Below, in pieces: positions 1-8,199 of a DNA stretch of 22,981 nt. The notes beneath the pieces were generated by a model that saw only the letters and a program-made list of their open reading frames with translations, searched no databases and was not told where the DNA came from. Each line of letters begins with the position of its first letter. The first letter of the stretch is position 1. The position numbers and the translations under genes were made by a program. Source of the DNA: Myxococcales bacterium (GTDB lineage: Bacteria; Desulfobacterota; Binatia; HRBIN30); the NCBI GenBank assembly GCA_037445065.1, contig JBBILD010000033.1, positions 1 to 22,981 on the forward strand, written 5' to 3'.

Positions 1-2643
1 GCCGTTCGGCAACACTCCGTCCGCAGGACAAGACGCACTCGTCCCGGTGCAGTTCTCCGCCGCGTCGCACAAATCCGTGGCGCTGCGGCAAACCACGCTC
101 GAAGGCTGGAAGCCATCCGGCGGGCAGGCATTGCTGGTGCCCGTGCAAAACTCCGCCACGTCGCACGCCCCCGCCACCGCTCGGCAGAGCGTGCCCGGGA
201 GCGCGAAGTCGTCGGGCGGGCAGTCGTTCCCGGTCCCAGTGCACGTTTCCGCCACGTCGCAGACGCCGTTCTGAGTGCGGCAAACGAAAGTACTCGGCTG
301 CTTTGTGTCAGCGGGGCACGCCGAACTCGTCCCGGTGCAAAACTCCGCCACGTCGCACATGCCGCCAGCCGAGCGGCAGACTTCCGTGGCAGGCTTTAGC
401 GGGTGCTGGCACGTGTTGCTCACTCCGTCGCAACGATCGAACGTACAGGGAAAGCCGTCATCGGTGCACGCCGTACCGTTCGGTTGCTTCGCGTCAGCCG
501 GACAAGTGGCGGCCGTCCCAGAGCACACCTCGGCGAGGTCGCACTCGCCTGCGGAAGCACGGCACACCGAGCCATTGAAGCGGAAGCGGCACTGCGCCGT
601 GCAGCAAGTGCTGCCGCTGCCGTTGCCAGCAGCCAAGTCGCATTGCTCCGTGGTCTCGAGCGTTCCGTTGCCGCAGGTCGGCAGTGGGGCCACCGAGAAC
701 CCCATGGCCGGCCGGTTATCGTCCAGAACCTTTCCGTTGAATACGAGCGGATGGGCAGCGGCGCTCGAAGCCCCGGCGGTCTGAAAACCAATGGTCGCGC
801 TCTGGCCGTTGGCGTTGGGGTTAGCGGAGCGGAACTTGACATGAATCGAACCAGACCGCTCGTGGATCTGTACTTGGAATTGCAGTCCGAAGCTCCCACT
901 GAAGGTGCGCACGTCGTAGTCCACCAAGAACGTGCGGTTTCCAGGGCTACCCACGGTGCCATAGCGTATGTGGTTGCCCTGGGTGACCAAGTCGTCCCAG
1001 TACGCGGCAAGGAAGGGGTTCGCGTGGTTCGGATCAGGCAAGGAGCGGTTGATGAAATCAGCCCCGCCCTGGGTGTTCCCGCCGAATTCGAGCCAGCCAT
1101 TGGTGGAAATGGCCACCGTGGAATAATCCACGCCATCAATGCGCACGGCAAAGGGAAGCGTGGCGGTGGCGACCACGTCATCGCCGGAGAGTGTTTGTAG
1201 CCCGGGGATGTTGCTCGCATTGATATCGTCCGGGCTGTGTGCCATGCCGGCATGAAGCGCCATGCCGGCAGGCGCCCGCGAGTGCACCGACCAGCCTTCT
1301 TCGTTGGGCTGGTTGTCGTCGAGAATCTTGCCGTTGCAGGTGAGGCTGTAAGGAACCGCCGCCGCACCACCCTGCCCTTGGAAACCAATGGTGGCACCCT
1401 GGCCGTTGGCACGGAAACCCGCGTCGCGATAGCGCACCGAGATCAGGAGAACGGAAGAGCGGATTTGAATCTGGAAGCGGATGTCATCCTCGGCGTTGAA
1501 CTCAGCCCCCGGGTCCACATCCACTTCGTAATCTATGATGAAGGTGCGGTTCGGGGTGGTACCCACCGTGCCGTACCGAACGTGCGTGCCGAAGCTCCCC
1601 AAATCATCCCAATACGCAGCGAGAAACGGGTTGATGTGCTTTGCGGTCGGCAGGCAGTCGTTGACAGGATCGGAGTTTGCCGTGCCGCACCCCGTGCAGG
1701 TGTTTCCCCCGAACTCGATCCAACCGTTTGTGGAAATGGACAAAATGTTCCAGAGTTGGCCTTCGATGTTGACGGAGAACGGCATCGAAACGGTCACGAG
1801 AGCATCGTTGCCGCTCAAGGTGGCAAAACCGGCGATGTCATCTGGGCTGTGGGCATTGAGCGCACCAAGGATCACGAAACCGGCGCGGCCGGCGTCCACC
1901 GACCAGCTTTCGTTGTCGCGGTTGTCGTCCAGAATCTTCCCGTTACAGGTCAAGGGCTGCGCAGACGCGCTGCTTCCCCCTGCCGTCTGGAAGCCAATCG
2001 TGGCACTTTGCCCGTTGGCGATGTGCCCGGAGTCCCTGTACTGTACGTTGATGAGGTTCGAGGTCTCGTGCAGTTGGATTTGAAACCGAATGTCGTCGGC
2101 GGCGCTCGCCTCGGAGCCCGGATCTACGTCCACCTCGTAGTCCACTATAAACGTCCGGTTCGGTGCCGAGCCCACGGTGCCGTAGCGGATGTGGGTCCCG
2201 AAGGTCTGCAAGTCGTCCCAGTATGCCGCCAGGAAGGGATTGGTGTGTTTCGCAGTCGGCAGGCAACCGTTGGCTGGGTCGGAGTTATTGGTGCCGCAAC
2301 CGCTCGTGCAGGTGTTGCCCCCGAACTCGATCCAGCCATTGGTGGAGATGGCAACCGAGTTGTACGCGGTACCTTGGATCACGAACGAAAACGGCAGCGT
2401 CACGTTCGCCACGTTGTCGTTGCCGCTCAGGGTGGCAAAGCCACTGATATCGTCCGGGCTGTGCGCCATGCGCGCAGCGACGGACACTCCAGCCTGGGCG
2501 CGCTGAGCCCCGATGCCCGCCGCGATCACAGCCGCGAGCGCAACCAGGTAAAAACCATCGCGAAAGCGGCGCCTCGATCCGGACCAACGAACACCGAAGA
2601 ACCCCGCGCCCTTCAAATCCTTGCTCTTGCTCGCGCTCGTCAT
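1..2643 (-). CDS. Large secreted Cys-rich surface/adhesin-like protein (3 NIDO-like repeats + CGNG and disintegrin-like Cys repeats); truncated at left window edge
   Basis: Manual minus-strand translation from ATG at 2643 (GGAGGGAAGG just upstream): MTSASKSKDLKG...FYLVALAAVIAAGIGAQRAQA (signal-peptide-like), three repeats with AHSPDDI...STNGWxEFGGN...FLAAYWDDL, then CGNG and repeated CRxxxxxCDxAExCxGxxxxCPxD units. Frame appears open to position 1; absent from the ORF track because no stop lies in the window. Confidence 0.9.
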   Translation of the reverse strand, partial: MTSASKSKDLKGAGFFGVRWSGSRRRFRDGFYLVALAAVIAAGIGAQRAQAGVSVAARMAHSPDDISGFATLSGNDNVANVTLPFSFVIQGTAYNSVAISTNGWIEFGGNTCTSGCGTNNSDPANGCLPTAKHTNPFLAAYWDDLQTFGTHIRYGTVGSAPNRTFIVDYEVDVDPGSEASAADDIRFQIQLHETSNLINVQYRDSGHIANGQSATIGFQTAGGSSASAQPLTCNGKILDDNRDNESWSVDAGRAGFVILGALNAHSPDDIAGFATLSGNDALVTVSMPFSVNIEGQLWNILSISTNGWIEFGGNTCTGCGTANSDPVNDCLPTAKHINPFLAAYWDDLGSFGTHVRYGTVGTTPNRTFIIDYEVDVDPGAEFNAEDDIRFQIQIRSSVLLISVRYRDAGFRANGQGATIGFQGQGGAAAVPYSLTCNGKILDDNQPNEEGWSVHSRAPAGMALHAGMAHSPDDINASNIPGLQTLSGDDVVATATLPFAVRIDGVDYSTVAISTNGWLEFGGNTQGGADFINRSLPDPNHANPFLAAYWDDLVTQGNHIRYGTVGSPGNRTFLVDYDVRTFSGSFGLQFQVQIHERSGSIHVKFRSANPNANGQSATIGFQTAGASSAAAHPLVFNGKVLDDNRPAMGFSVAPLPTCGNGTLETTEQCDLAAGNGSGSTCCTAQCRFRFNGSVCRASAGECDLAEVCSGTAATCPADAKQPNGTACTDDGFPCTFDRCDGVSNTCQHPLKPATEVCRSAGGMCDVAEFCTGTSSACPADTKQPSTFVCRTQNGVCDVAETCTGTGNDCPPDDFALPGTLCRAVAGACDVAEFCTGTSNACPPDGFQPSSVVCRSATDLCDAAENCTGTSASCPADGVLPNG

Positions 2644-2782
2644 ACCTTCCCTCCCCGAGCCGTGCCAAGATGCGTACAAACCGGCGGCGAGCCTCCCACT
2701 TACCACAACAACAACGCCGTTTGTAAACTCAGACGCTGGTACATTTCGTGGCCGCCAAGTGGGCGGGCTGGCACCCACCACA

Positions 2783-3330
2783 GTAGGGGCACAACGCTGC
2801 CTGCGAAAGGCCGTAGGGGCGGCCCTTGTGAAAGCGAGCGGCGAGCAGTGAGCGGTGGGGCGGGCGAATGGCGAGTGGCGCTACCGCACGCACCTTCCGT
2901 GGACACCCACGTTCTGGTGGTGGCCCGCGCTACGCCCCCGAGACCAGTGCCCCCCCTGCCGGCTGTAGGGGCGGCCCTTGTGGCCGCCCGTGGTGTCGCC
3001 GGTACCATGCCTCGATCGTGGAGGCCGTGGTCGCGCCAGCGTGCCTTGGTTGTGTGGACACCCACCGTACCAGGGTTACGCGCACACCCGTCGTGGTGAC
3101 ACACCGCGCGCGGCACGATTTGGGCATTCGATCCGATTTGCAGCACGGGCAGGCACAAGGCCTGCCCCTACACCGTCCACGACGCGCACCCGTTCCGTGG
3201 ACACCCACGTTGTGGTACCAGCCCGGACCGCACCTTCCGTGGACACCCACTTTGTGGCGGGGCGCCTCCCGCCCGGGCACCGATGCCCCCCAGCAGGCTC
3301 TAGGGGCGGCCCTTGTGGCCGCCCGTGGTG
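2783..3330. repeat. REP mosaic cluster 1 (inverted relative to clusters 2-4)
   Basis: REP-A GTAGGGGCGGCCCTTGTGGCCGCCC at 2965-2989, 3300-3324 (CTAG variant) and partial 2813-2830; REP-B on minus strand at 3147-3171; GTGGACACCCAC at 2899, 3054, 3197, 3239. Confidence 0.85.
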
Positions 3331-3562
3331 TGATTCGGCAGGGCGTTTCGGTCATGGGCATCTGCGGGGCGGGAAGGCCGCCGCTGCCCATGCGGTGTGG
3401 CCGCATCGCGCTGCCGCAACACATCCAGGCTACGCCTCCGGCACGCAACGCGGAAGGCGTCGCGCCGCACTCCTGCTGCATGGCCAGCCACGACGTGGTG
3501 ACATGGCGCGCCGCTGGCCAAGGAGGATTCCACGCTCCCAGTGCAACAAGGGGGACTCACTC

Positions 3563-3602
3563 TTGCAGCAAGCGCCAAGCTCGCGCTTAATTTCCCGCCA
3601 TG
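3563..3602 (+). promoter_or_regulatory. Possible sigma70 promoter giving a leaderless ygfZ transcript
   Basis: TAATTT (TANNNT) at 3588-3593, 6 nt before the ATG at 3600; no Shine-Dalgarno; TTGCAG at 3563-3568 (19-nt spacer, suboptimal). Confidence 0.3.
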
Positions 3603-4685
3603 CGCGCGAGTGTTGAGGCGAAACTGCGAGACCTTCAAGCCAAAGCCGGAGCGGAATGGACGACCTACGGCAACCGCGACGTTGCTCGCCATTTCGGCGA
3701 CTGGCAGGCCGAGTGGGCGGCGCTCCGCCAGCGTTGCGGCCTACTCGACGGGCAATGGCGCGCGCTGTACGTGGCGCGCGGGGAAGACCGCGTCTCCTTC
3801 CTGCAAGGCATGCTCACCACCGATCTGACGCGCATGGAACCGGGGCAAGGCGCGTACGCGGCACTACTCACCATCCAAGGGCGGGTGGTGTCGGACCTGC
3901 GCGTCTTCATGCTCTCTGACGAGCTGTGGCTCGACTTCCCCTTCACGCACGCCGAAGCCGCGGTGCAGCATCTCGAGAAGCACATTGTCGCGGACGACGT
4001 GGAAATCGGCCCGCACGGCGAGATGACCCCGCTGCTCAGCCTGGAAGGCCCGCAGGCAGCACGGGTGGCGCTTGCCGTGTTCGGGGAGAGCTTGGCCGGG
4101 CTCGCGCGTTTTGCGCACCGCACCGTCACCTTCGACGGCACGCGGGCACGCGTCGCACGGGTTTCCCACTCCGGGGAGCCAGGCTACTTGGTGTGGGCGG
4201 AGGACGCGGTCGCCCCGTGGCTGTGGGAGCGCTGCCTTGCCGCCGGCGCCGAGCCCGTAGGCTTCGAAGCGCTGCAAGCGGCCCGCATCGAAGCAGGGAT
4301 CCCGTGGGTCGGGGTGGATATGGACGAGTCCACCCTAATCTCGGAAGTCGGCATCGAGGACGCCATTACGTACGGCAAGGGCTGCTATCTCGGCCAGGAG
4401 GTGGTGGAGCGGGTCGCGGCGCGCGGTCAGGTACAGCGCCGCCGCGTCGGCCTGCTCGCCACGGGCGCAGAGGTGCCACAAGCTTCGGCCTCGCTCCAAC
4501 TCGGCGGACGCGAAGTGGGCAAAGTGACCAGCGCCTGCTGGTCGCCCGCGTTGCGTTGCGGTGCGGCCATGGGCTACGTGCGGCGCGAAGCCTGGGAGGA
4601 AGGAACAGAACTGGATGCCGTCGGCGAACGCGGACGTTGCCGCGTGCGCGTGGCGCATTTGCCATTCGTGCGCGGGAGCGACTGA
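3600..4685 (+). CDS. ygfZ: Folate-binding protein YgfZ / GcvT-like aminomethyltransferase family
   Basis: Signature KGCYLGQE; GEDRVSFLQG; GcvT-type C-terminus (VGKVTSACWSP...AMGYV). Confidence 0.88.
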   Translation: MRASVEAKLRDLQAKAGAEWTTYGNRDVARHFGDWQAEWAALRQRCGLLDGQWRALYVARGEDRVSFLQGMLTTDLTRMEPGQGAYAALLTIQGRVVSDLRVFMLSDELWLDFPFTHAEAAVQHLEKHIVADDVEIGPHGEMTPLLSLEGPQAARVALAVFGESLAGLARFAHRTVTFDGTRARVARVSHSGEPGYLVWAEDAVAPWLWERCLAAGAEPVGFEALQAARIEAGIPWVGVDMDESTLISEVGIEDAITYGKGCYLGQEVVERVAARGQVQRRRVGLLATGAEVPQASASLQLGGREVGKVTSACWSPALRCGAAMGYVRREAWEEGTELDAVGERGRCRVRVAHLPFVRGSD

Positions 4686-4703
4686 CGCCGAAAGGAGGAG
4701 AGA

Positions 4704-4847
4704 ATGGCCACACAGTTGGGCAAGCGGTATGTGTGCGAGACCTGTGGGACTGAGGCCCTGTGCACCAAACCGGGCCCGGGCGTCCTGGAGTGCTGCCAGG
4801 GCGAAATGAAGATCAAAGAAGCCAAGCCGGTTCCGTCGAGTGACTGA
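4704..4847 (+). CDS. Small desulforedoxin-like metal-binding protein 1 (47 aa; not in ORF track)
   Basis: Strong SD AAAGGAGG at 4691-4698; MATQLGKRYVCETCGTEALCTKPGPGVLECCQGEMKIKEAKPVPSSD; CxxC-x15-CC spacing as in desulforedoxin; stop overlaps the next start. Confidence 0.88.
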   Translation: MATQLGKRYVCETCGTEALCTKPGPGVLECCQGEMKIKEAKPVPSSD

Positions 4848-5679
4848 GCGCAGCGCGCCTCAGGCCGCGAACCGCGCAAGGCGCACGAAGGCGGCACCAC
4901 GACACACGGCCACCGGGCCGCCCGTGCGCCTGGAGAAGTCCGGCGCGGTGGCCTGCATCACGCTCAACCGCCCGCACGTGCACAACGCCTACGACACGCG
5001 CATGCGCGATGCGCTGTACGAGGCGCTGCTCGCCGTGCGCGACGATCCCGAGGTGCGCGCTGTTGTTTTGCGGGGCGCCGGCCGCTCCTTTTGCTCGGGG
5101 GGCGACCTGCGCGAATTCGGCACCGCGCCCTCGCTGGTGGCCGCCCGCGAGGCTCGCTGGCGGCGCGACGTGTGCGGGCTTCTGGCCAGCTTGCCCAAGG
5201 CCACCATCGCGGCCGTGCACGGCTATGCCGTGGGCGGTGGACTCGAGTTGGCGCTGCTGTGCGATTTGTGCATGCTCGCCAGCGATGCGCGCCTGCGCTA
5301 CCCGGAGACCGGCCTGGGGATGATCCCCGGCCTCGGGGGCACTCAAACGACCGCGCATCTGGCACGCCTCGGACGCGCCCAGGAGTTGGTGTTGAGCGGC
5401 CGCTGGCTCACCGCGCGCGAGGCAGTGGAGTGGGGACTGGCGCTTGCCTGCCTGCCGCGCCCGCGCCTTTGGCCGGCCGCAGAGCGCCTCGCCCGGCGCT
5501 GCGCAACCCTGCACCCTGCGTTGCTGGCGGCGAGCAAACGCGCGGTGTGGGAGGGTAGCGAGTTGCCCCTACCGGCAGCTCTCGCCCTCGAGCGGCGCTT
5601 AGCCACCCGAGGTTTTCTCGCTGCCGCAAACGTGGCAAACAAAGCCGGGCAACGAACCGAGGGGAGAGTCTCGCCATGA
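4840..5679 (+). CDS. Enoyl-CoA hydratase/isomerase (crotonase) family protein 1
   Basis: ITLNRP..HNA, FCSGGDL, HGYAVGGGLELALLCD, YPETGLGMIPGLGG; both canonical Glu positions present. Start GTG uncertain. Confidence 0.9.
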   Translation: MTERSAPQAANRARRTKAAPRHTATGPPVRLEKSGAVACITLNRPHVHNAYDTRMRDALYEALLAVRDDPEVRAVVLRGAGRSFCSGGDLREFGTAPSLVAAREARWRRDVCGLLASLPKATIAAVHGYAVGGGLELALLCDLCMLASDARLRYPETGLGMIPGLGGTQTTAHLARLGRAQELVLSGRWLTAREAVEWGLALACLPRPRLWPAAERLARRCATLHPALLAASKRAVWEGSELPLPAALALERRLATRGFLAAANVANKAGQRTEGRVSP

Positions 5680-7241
5680 ACGTCGCGCAGTTTTTACAGA
5701 TCCCTTGTTCCTTGTTTCCCGAGCAGGAGATTCTGGTCTTCGCCGGCCAGCGCTACTCCTACGCGCAACTCTGGGAACTGGTCGGGCGGCTAGCGGCCGG
5801 TCTCACCGCCGCCGGGGTCCGGCGGGGCGACGTGGTGGCGGTGCTGGACACCAACTCGGATGCCTACGTGGCGTGGTTTTACGCCGCAGCCATGGCGGGC
5901 GCGGTGTTCGTGCCACTCAACTACCGGGCCAAGCTACCGGAACTCGAGTACATGATCGAGCACGCGCGCGTGAAAGCGCTGGCGGTCGGCGAGCGCTACG
6001 AGGCAACCGTCGCTGCATTGCCAGCAGCGCGCGAGCGCGTTCCGCTGGTGGTTTCGCTGCACCCAGACGGCGCGCACCGTTTTTGGCGCGACGTGCTCGC
6101 CGAGGCAGCACGCGCAGAACCGGAAGCGGTGGATGACGAAGACACCGCTGTGCTCATGTACACGAGCGGTACCACCGCTCGCCCCAAGGCCGTGTTGCTC
6201 ACCCACGGGGACTTTACCGCTTACGTCACCAGCAACGTCGAACTTGCCGACGGAACCCCGCGCGGCACCGCCCTCATTTGCGCGCCCCTGTATCATATCG
6301 CTGGCGCCACCAGCATCATGAGTAACGCTTGGAGCGGCAGGCGCATGGTGCTCTTGCCGCAGTTCGACGCCGGCGAATGGTTGCAGGCGGTCGAGCGTGA
6401 GCTTGTGACCCACGCCTTTGTCGTGCCCACCATGCTCAAACAGATCCTCGACCACCCGCGCTTTGCCAGCACCGACCTGTCGAGCCTCGAGTCGCTCGCC
6501 TACGGCGGCGCGCCCATGCCCTTCCCGGTGATTCGGCGTGCCATCGAAGCGTTCCCGCGCTCGGTGGGTTTCGTCAATGCGTTCGGACAAACGGAGACCA
6601 CCTCCACCCTCACCGTGCTCGGTCCCGAAGACCACAGACTCGAAGGCAGCCCGCAGGAGGTGGAAAAGCGCCTGCGTCGCTTGCGCTCGATCGGAAAGCC
6701 ACTGCCGGACGTGGAACTCAAGGTGGTTGGGGAAGGAGGCGAGGAGCTGCCGGCAGGCGAGGTGGGCGAGCTGTGGGTGCGCACGCCGCGTGTCATGAAG
6801 GGCTACCAGGGCCAAGAGGGGGTCGAGTCGCCGCTCGAGCGCGATGGCTGGCTACCCACTCGCGACATGGGCTGGATCGACGAGGATGGCTACGTGTTCC
6901 TCGCTGGGCGCAAGGACGACATGATCATCCGCGGCGGCGAGAACATCGCACCGGCCGAGGTGGAAAGCGTCTTGTTCTCGCACCCAGCAGTGGAGGAAGC
7001 GGCGGTGGTGGGCGTGCCGGACGTGGAGTGGGGCCAGCGGGTCGCCGCCTTCGTGGTGTTGCGGCCCGGTGCGCACCCCAGCGCCGAAGAGCTGATCGAG
7101 TTTTGCCGCCAGCGACTGGCGAGCTTCAAGAAGCCCGAGATCGTGCACTTCGTGGACGAGCTGCCCAAGAACCCGTTGGGCAAAGTCCTCAAGAAAGAGC
7201 TGCGGGAGCGCCTCGCGGCGAGCAGCAGCGCACCGCAATGA
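5676..7241 (+). CDS. Acyl-CoA synthetase / AMP-binding enzyme
   Basis: YTSGTTARPK, FGQTE, TRDMG, GRKDDMIIRGGENI, LPKNPLGKVLK; ATGA overlaps with both neighbours. Confidence 0.95.
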   Translation: MNVAQFLQIPCSLFPEQEILVFAGQRYSYAQLWELVGRLAAGLTAAGVRRGDVVAVLDTNSDAYVAWFYAAAMAGAVFVPLNYRAKLPELEYMIEHARVKALAVGERYEATVAALPAARERVPLVVSLHPDGAHRFWRDVLAEAARAEPEAVDDEDTAVLMYTSGTTARPKAVLLTHGDFTAYVTSNVELADGTPRGTALICAPLYHIAGATSIMSNAWSGRRMVLLPQFDAGEWLQAVERELVTHAFVVPTMLKQILDHPRFASTDLSSLESLAYGGAPMPFPVIRRAIEAFPRSVGFVNAFGQTETTSTLTVLGPEDHRLEGSPQEVEKRLRRLRSIGKPLPDVELKVVGEGGEELPAGEVGELWVRTPRVMKGYQGQEGVESPLERDGWLPTRDMGWIDEDGYVFLAGRKDDMIIRGGENIAPAEVESVLFSHPAVEEAAVVGVPDVEWGQRVAAFVVLRPGAHPSAEELIEFCRQRLASFKKPEIVHFVDELPKNPLGKVLKKELRERLAASSSAPQ

Positions 7242-8002
7242 GTGCCCAGCGAAGCCGCAGGAACGCGCCCGTGCGCTGGCGGCTTCGCGAGCGCATCGCG
7301 TGGATCGAGCTGGCGCTGGACCGCTGCGGCGGAAAGGTGGACTTCGAGGCGGCCTGCGCCTTGGTCGAAGTGGCCGAAGAAGTGGAGTGGACCGAGGGCG
7401 TGGCCGCCGTGGTGCTCTCGAGCACGGGCCCGCACTTTTGCCTGGGCAGCGGCAACGAGGCAGAATGGCCGGCGCCGGTGGCGTGGGTGGAGGCCGTGGC
7501 GAACCTCTCCGCGCCAGTGATCGCCGCCGTGCACGGCGCAGCCGTTTCGGAAGGATGCGAACTCGCGCTCGCTTGCGATTTGCGCTGGGCACGGCCGGGA
7601 AGCTTTTTTGTTCTCGGCCACTTGCGCGAGGGGCGCCTGCCACGTCACGGCGGTACCCAGCGCCTAGCGCGGCTCGTGGGGCGCATGCGGGCCCTGGAGC
7701 TGTTGTGGACCGGCCGCCGCGTCACTGCGCGCGAGGCCGTGCGCTTGGGCTTGGCCACGCGCCTCTTCCCAGCCACCAACTGGCCCACCACGCTACGCGC
7801 TGCAGTGCGGGAAATCGCCTCGCTGGCCCCCCTCGCCTTGCGTTACGCCAAGGAAGCGGTAGGGAAAGGGGCGGATTTGCCGCTTTCGCACGGGTTACGG
7901 ATGGAGGAAGACTTGTACGTGCTGTTGCAGAGTACGCGCGACCGGCGCGAGGGGATCCGGGCGTTCCTGCAGCAGCGCAGGCCACGGTTCCGCGGTGCGT
8001 GA
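7238..8002 (+). CDS. Crotonase family protein 2 (degenerate active site)
   Basis: ATG at 7238 overlaps the ligase TGA; GCELALACDLR, GGTQRLARLVG, C-terminal DRREGIRAFLQQRRPRFRG. The ORF-track extension to 6773 lies inside the ligase gene. Confidence 0.88.
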   Translation: MSAQRSRRNAPVRWRLRERIAWIELALDRCGGKVDFEAACALVEVAEEVEWTEGVAAVVLSSTGPHFCLGSGNEAEWPAPVAWVEAVANLSAPVIAAVHGAAVSEGCELALACDLRWARPGSFFVLGHLREGRLPRHGGTQRLARLVGRMRALELLWTGRRVTAREAVRLGLATRLFPATNWPTTLRAAVREIASLAPLALRYAKEAVGKGADLPLSHGLRMEEDLYVLLQSTRDRREGIRAFLQQRRPRFRGA

Positions 8003-8031
8003 TGCAGGAGAACGAGGAGGAACGAGCGAAC

Positions 8032-8151
8032 ATGGCGAATCAGATCGGCAAGATTTACGTGTGCACCAAGTGCCAAGCTCAGGTGATCGTCACCAAGGCT
8101 GGGCAAGGCACGCTCAAGTGCTGCGGGCAAGAAATGCAAATCAAGCAGTGA
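8032..8151 (+). CDS. Small desulforedoxin-like metal-binding protein 2 (39 aa)
   Basis: SD GAGGAGG at 8014-8020; MANQIGKIYVCTKCQAQVIVTKAGQGTLKCCGQEMQIKQ; CxxC-x15-CC; gap-free alignment to 4704-4847. Visible only as the tail of the spurious 7300..8151 ORF. Confidence 0.88.
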   Translation: MANQIGKIYVCTKCQAQVIVTKAGQGTLKCCGQEMQIKQ

Positions 8152-8199
8152 CCGCCGGCAACCCCTGCCGGGGAAACGCAAGCGCGCGGAGGTAGGCCC

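Noticed and set aside
2655..2730. Sigma54-like TTGGCACG and sigma70-like TTTACA upstream of the large secreted protein gene
   Set aside because: No TTGC at the -12 position for sigma54 and no properly spaced -10 for sigma70.
403..3099. Long plus-strand ORFs 403..1200 and 1237..3099, plus 47..274 and 275..784
   Set aside because: Antisense shadows of the real minus-strand repeat protein, which has an SD, a signal peptide and coherent domain motifs.
2700..3692. ORFs across the repeat clusters encoding VGAALVAAR / GHKGRPY / CRGRPCACP peptides (also 10390-11251, 14199-15216, 21525-22217)
   Set aside because: These peptides are translations of REP-A/B in various frames; no RBS or protein-family features support them.
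3600..4685. Glycine cleavage T protein gcvT with an upstream glycine riboswitch
   Set aside because: KGCYLGQE indicates the YgfZ subfamily; no gcvH/gcvP adjacent; no riboswitch consensus recognised in 3330-3599.
4840..8002. Menaquinone genes menB/menE
   Set aside because: Neither crotonase resembles MenB beyond the general fold, and no other men genes are nearby.
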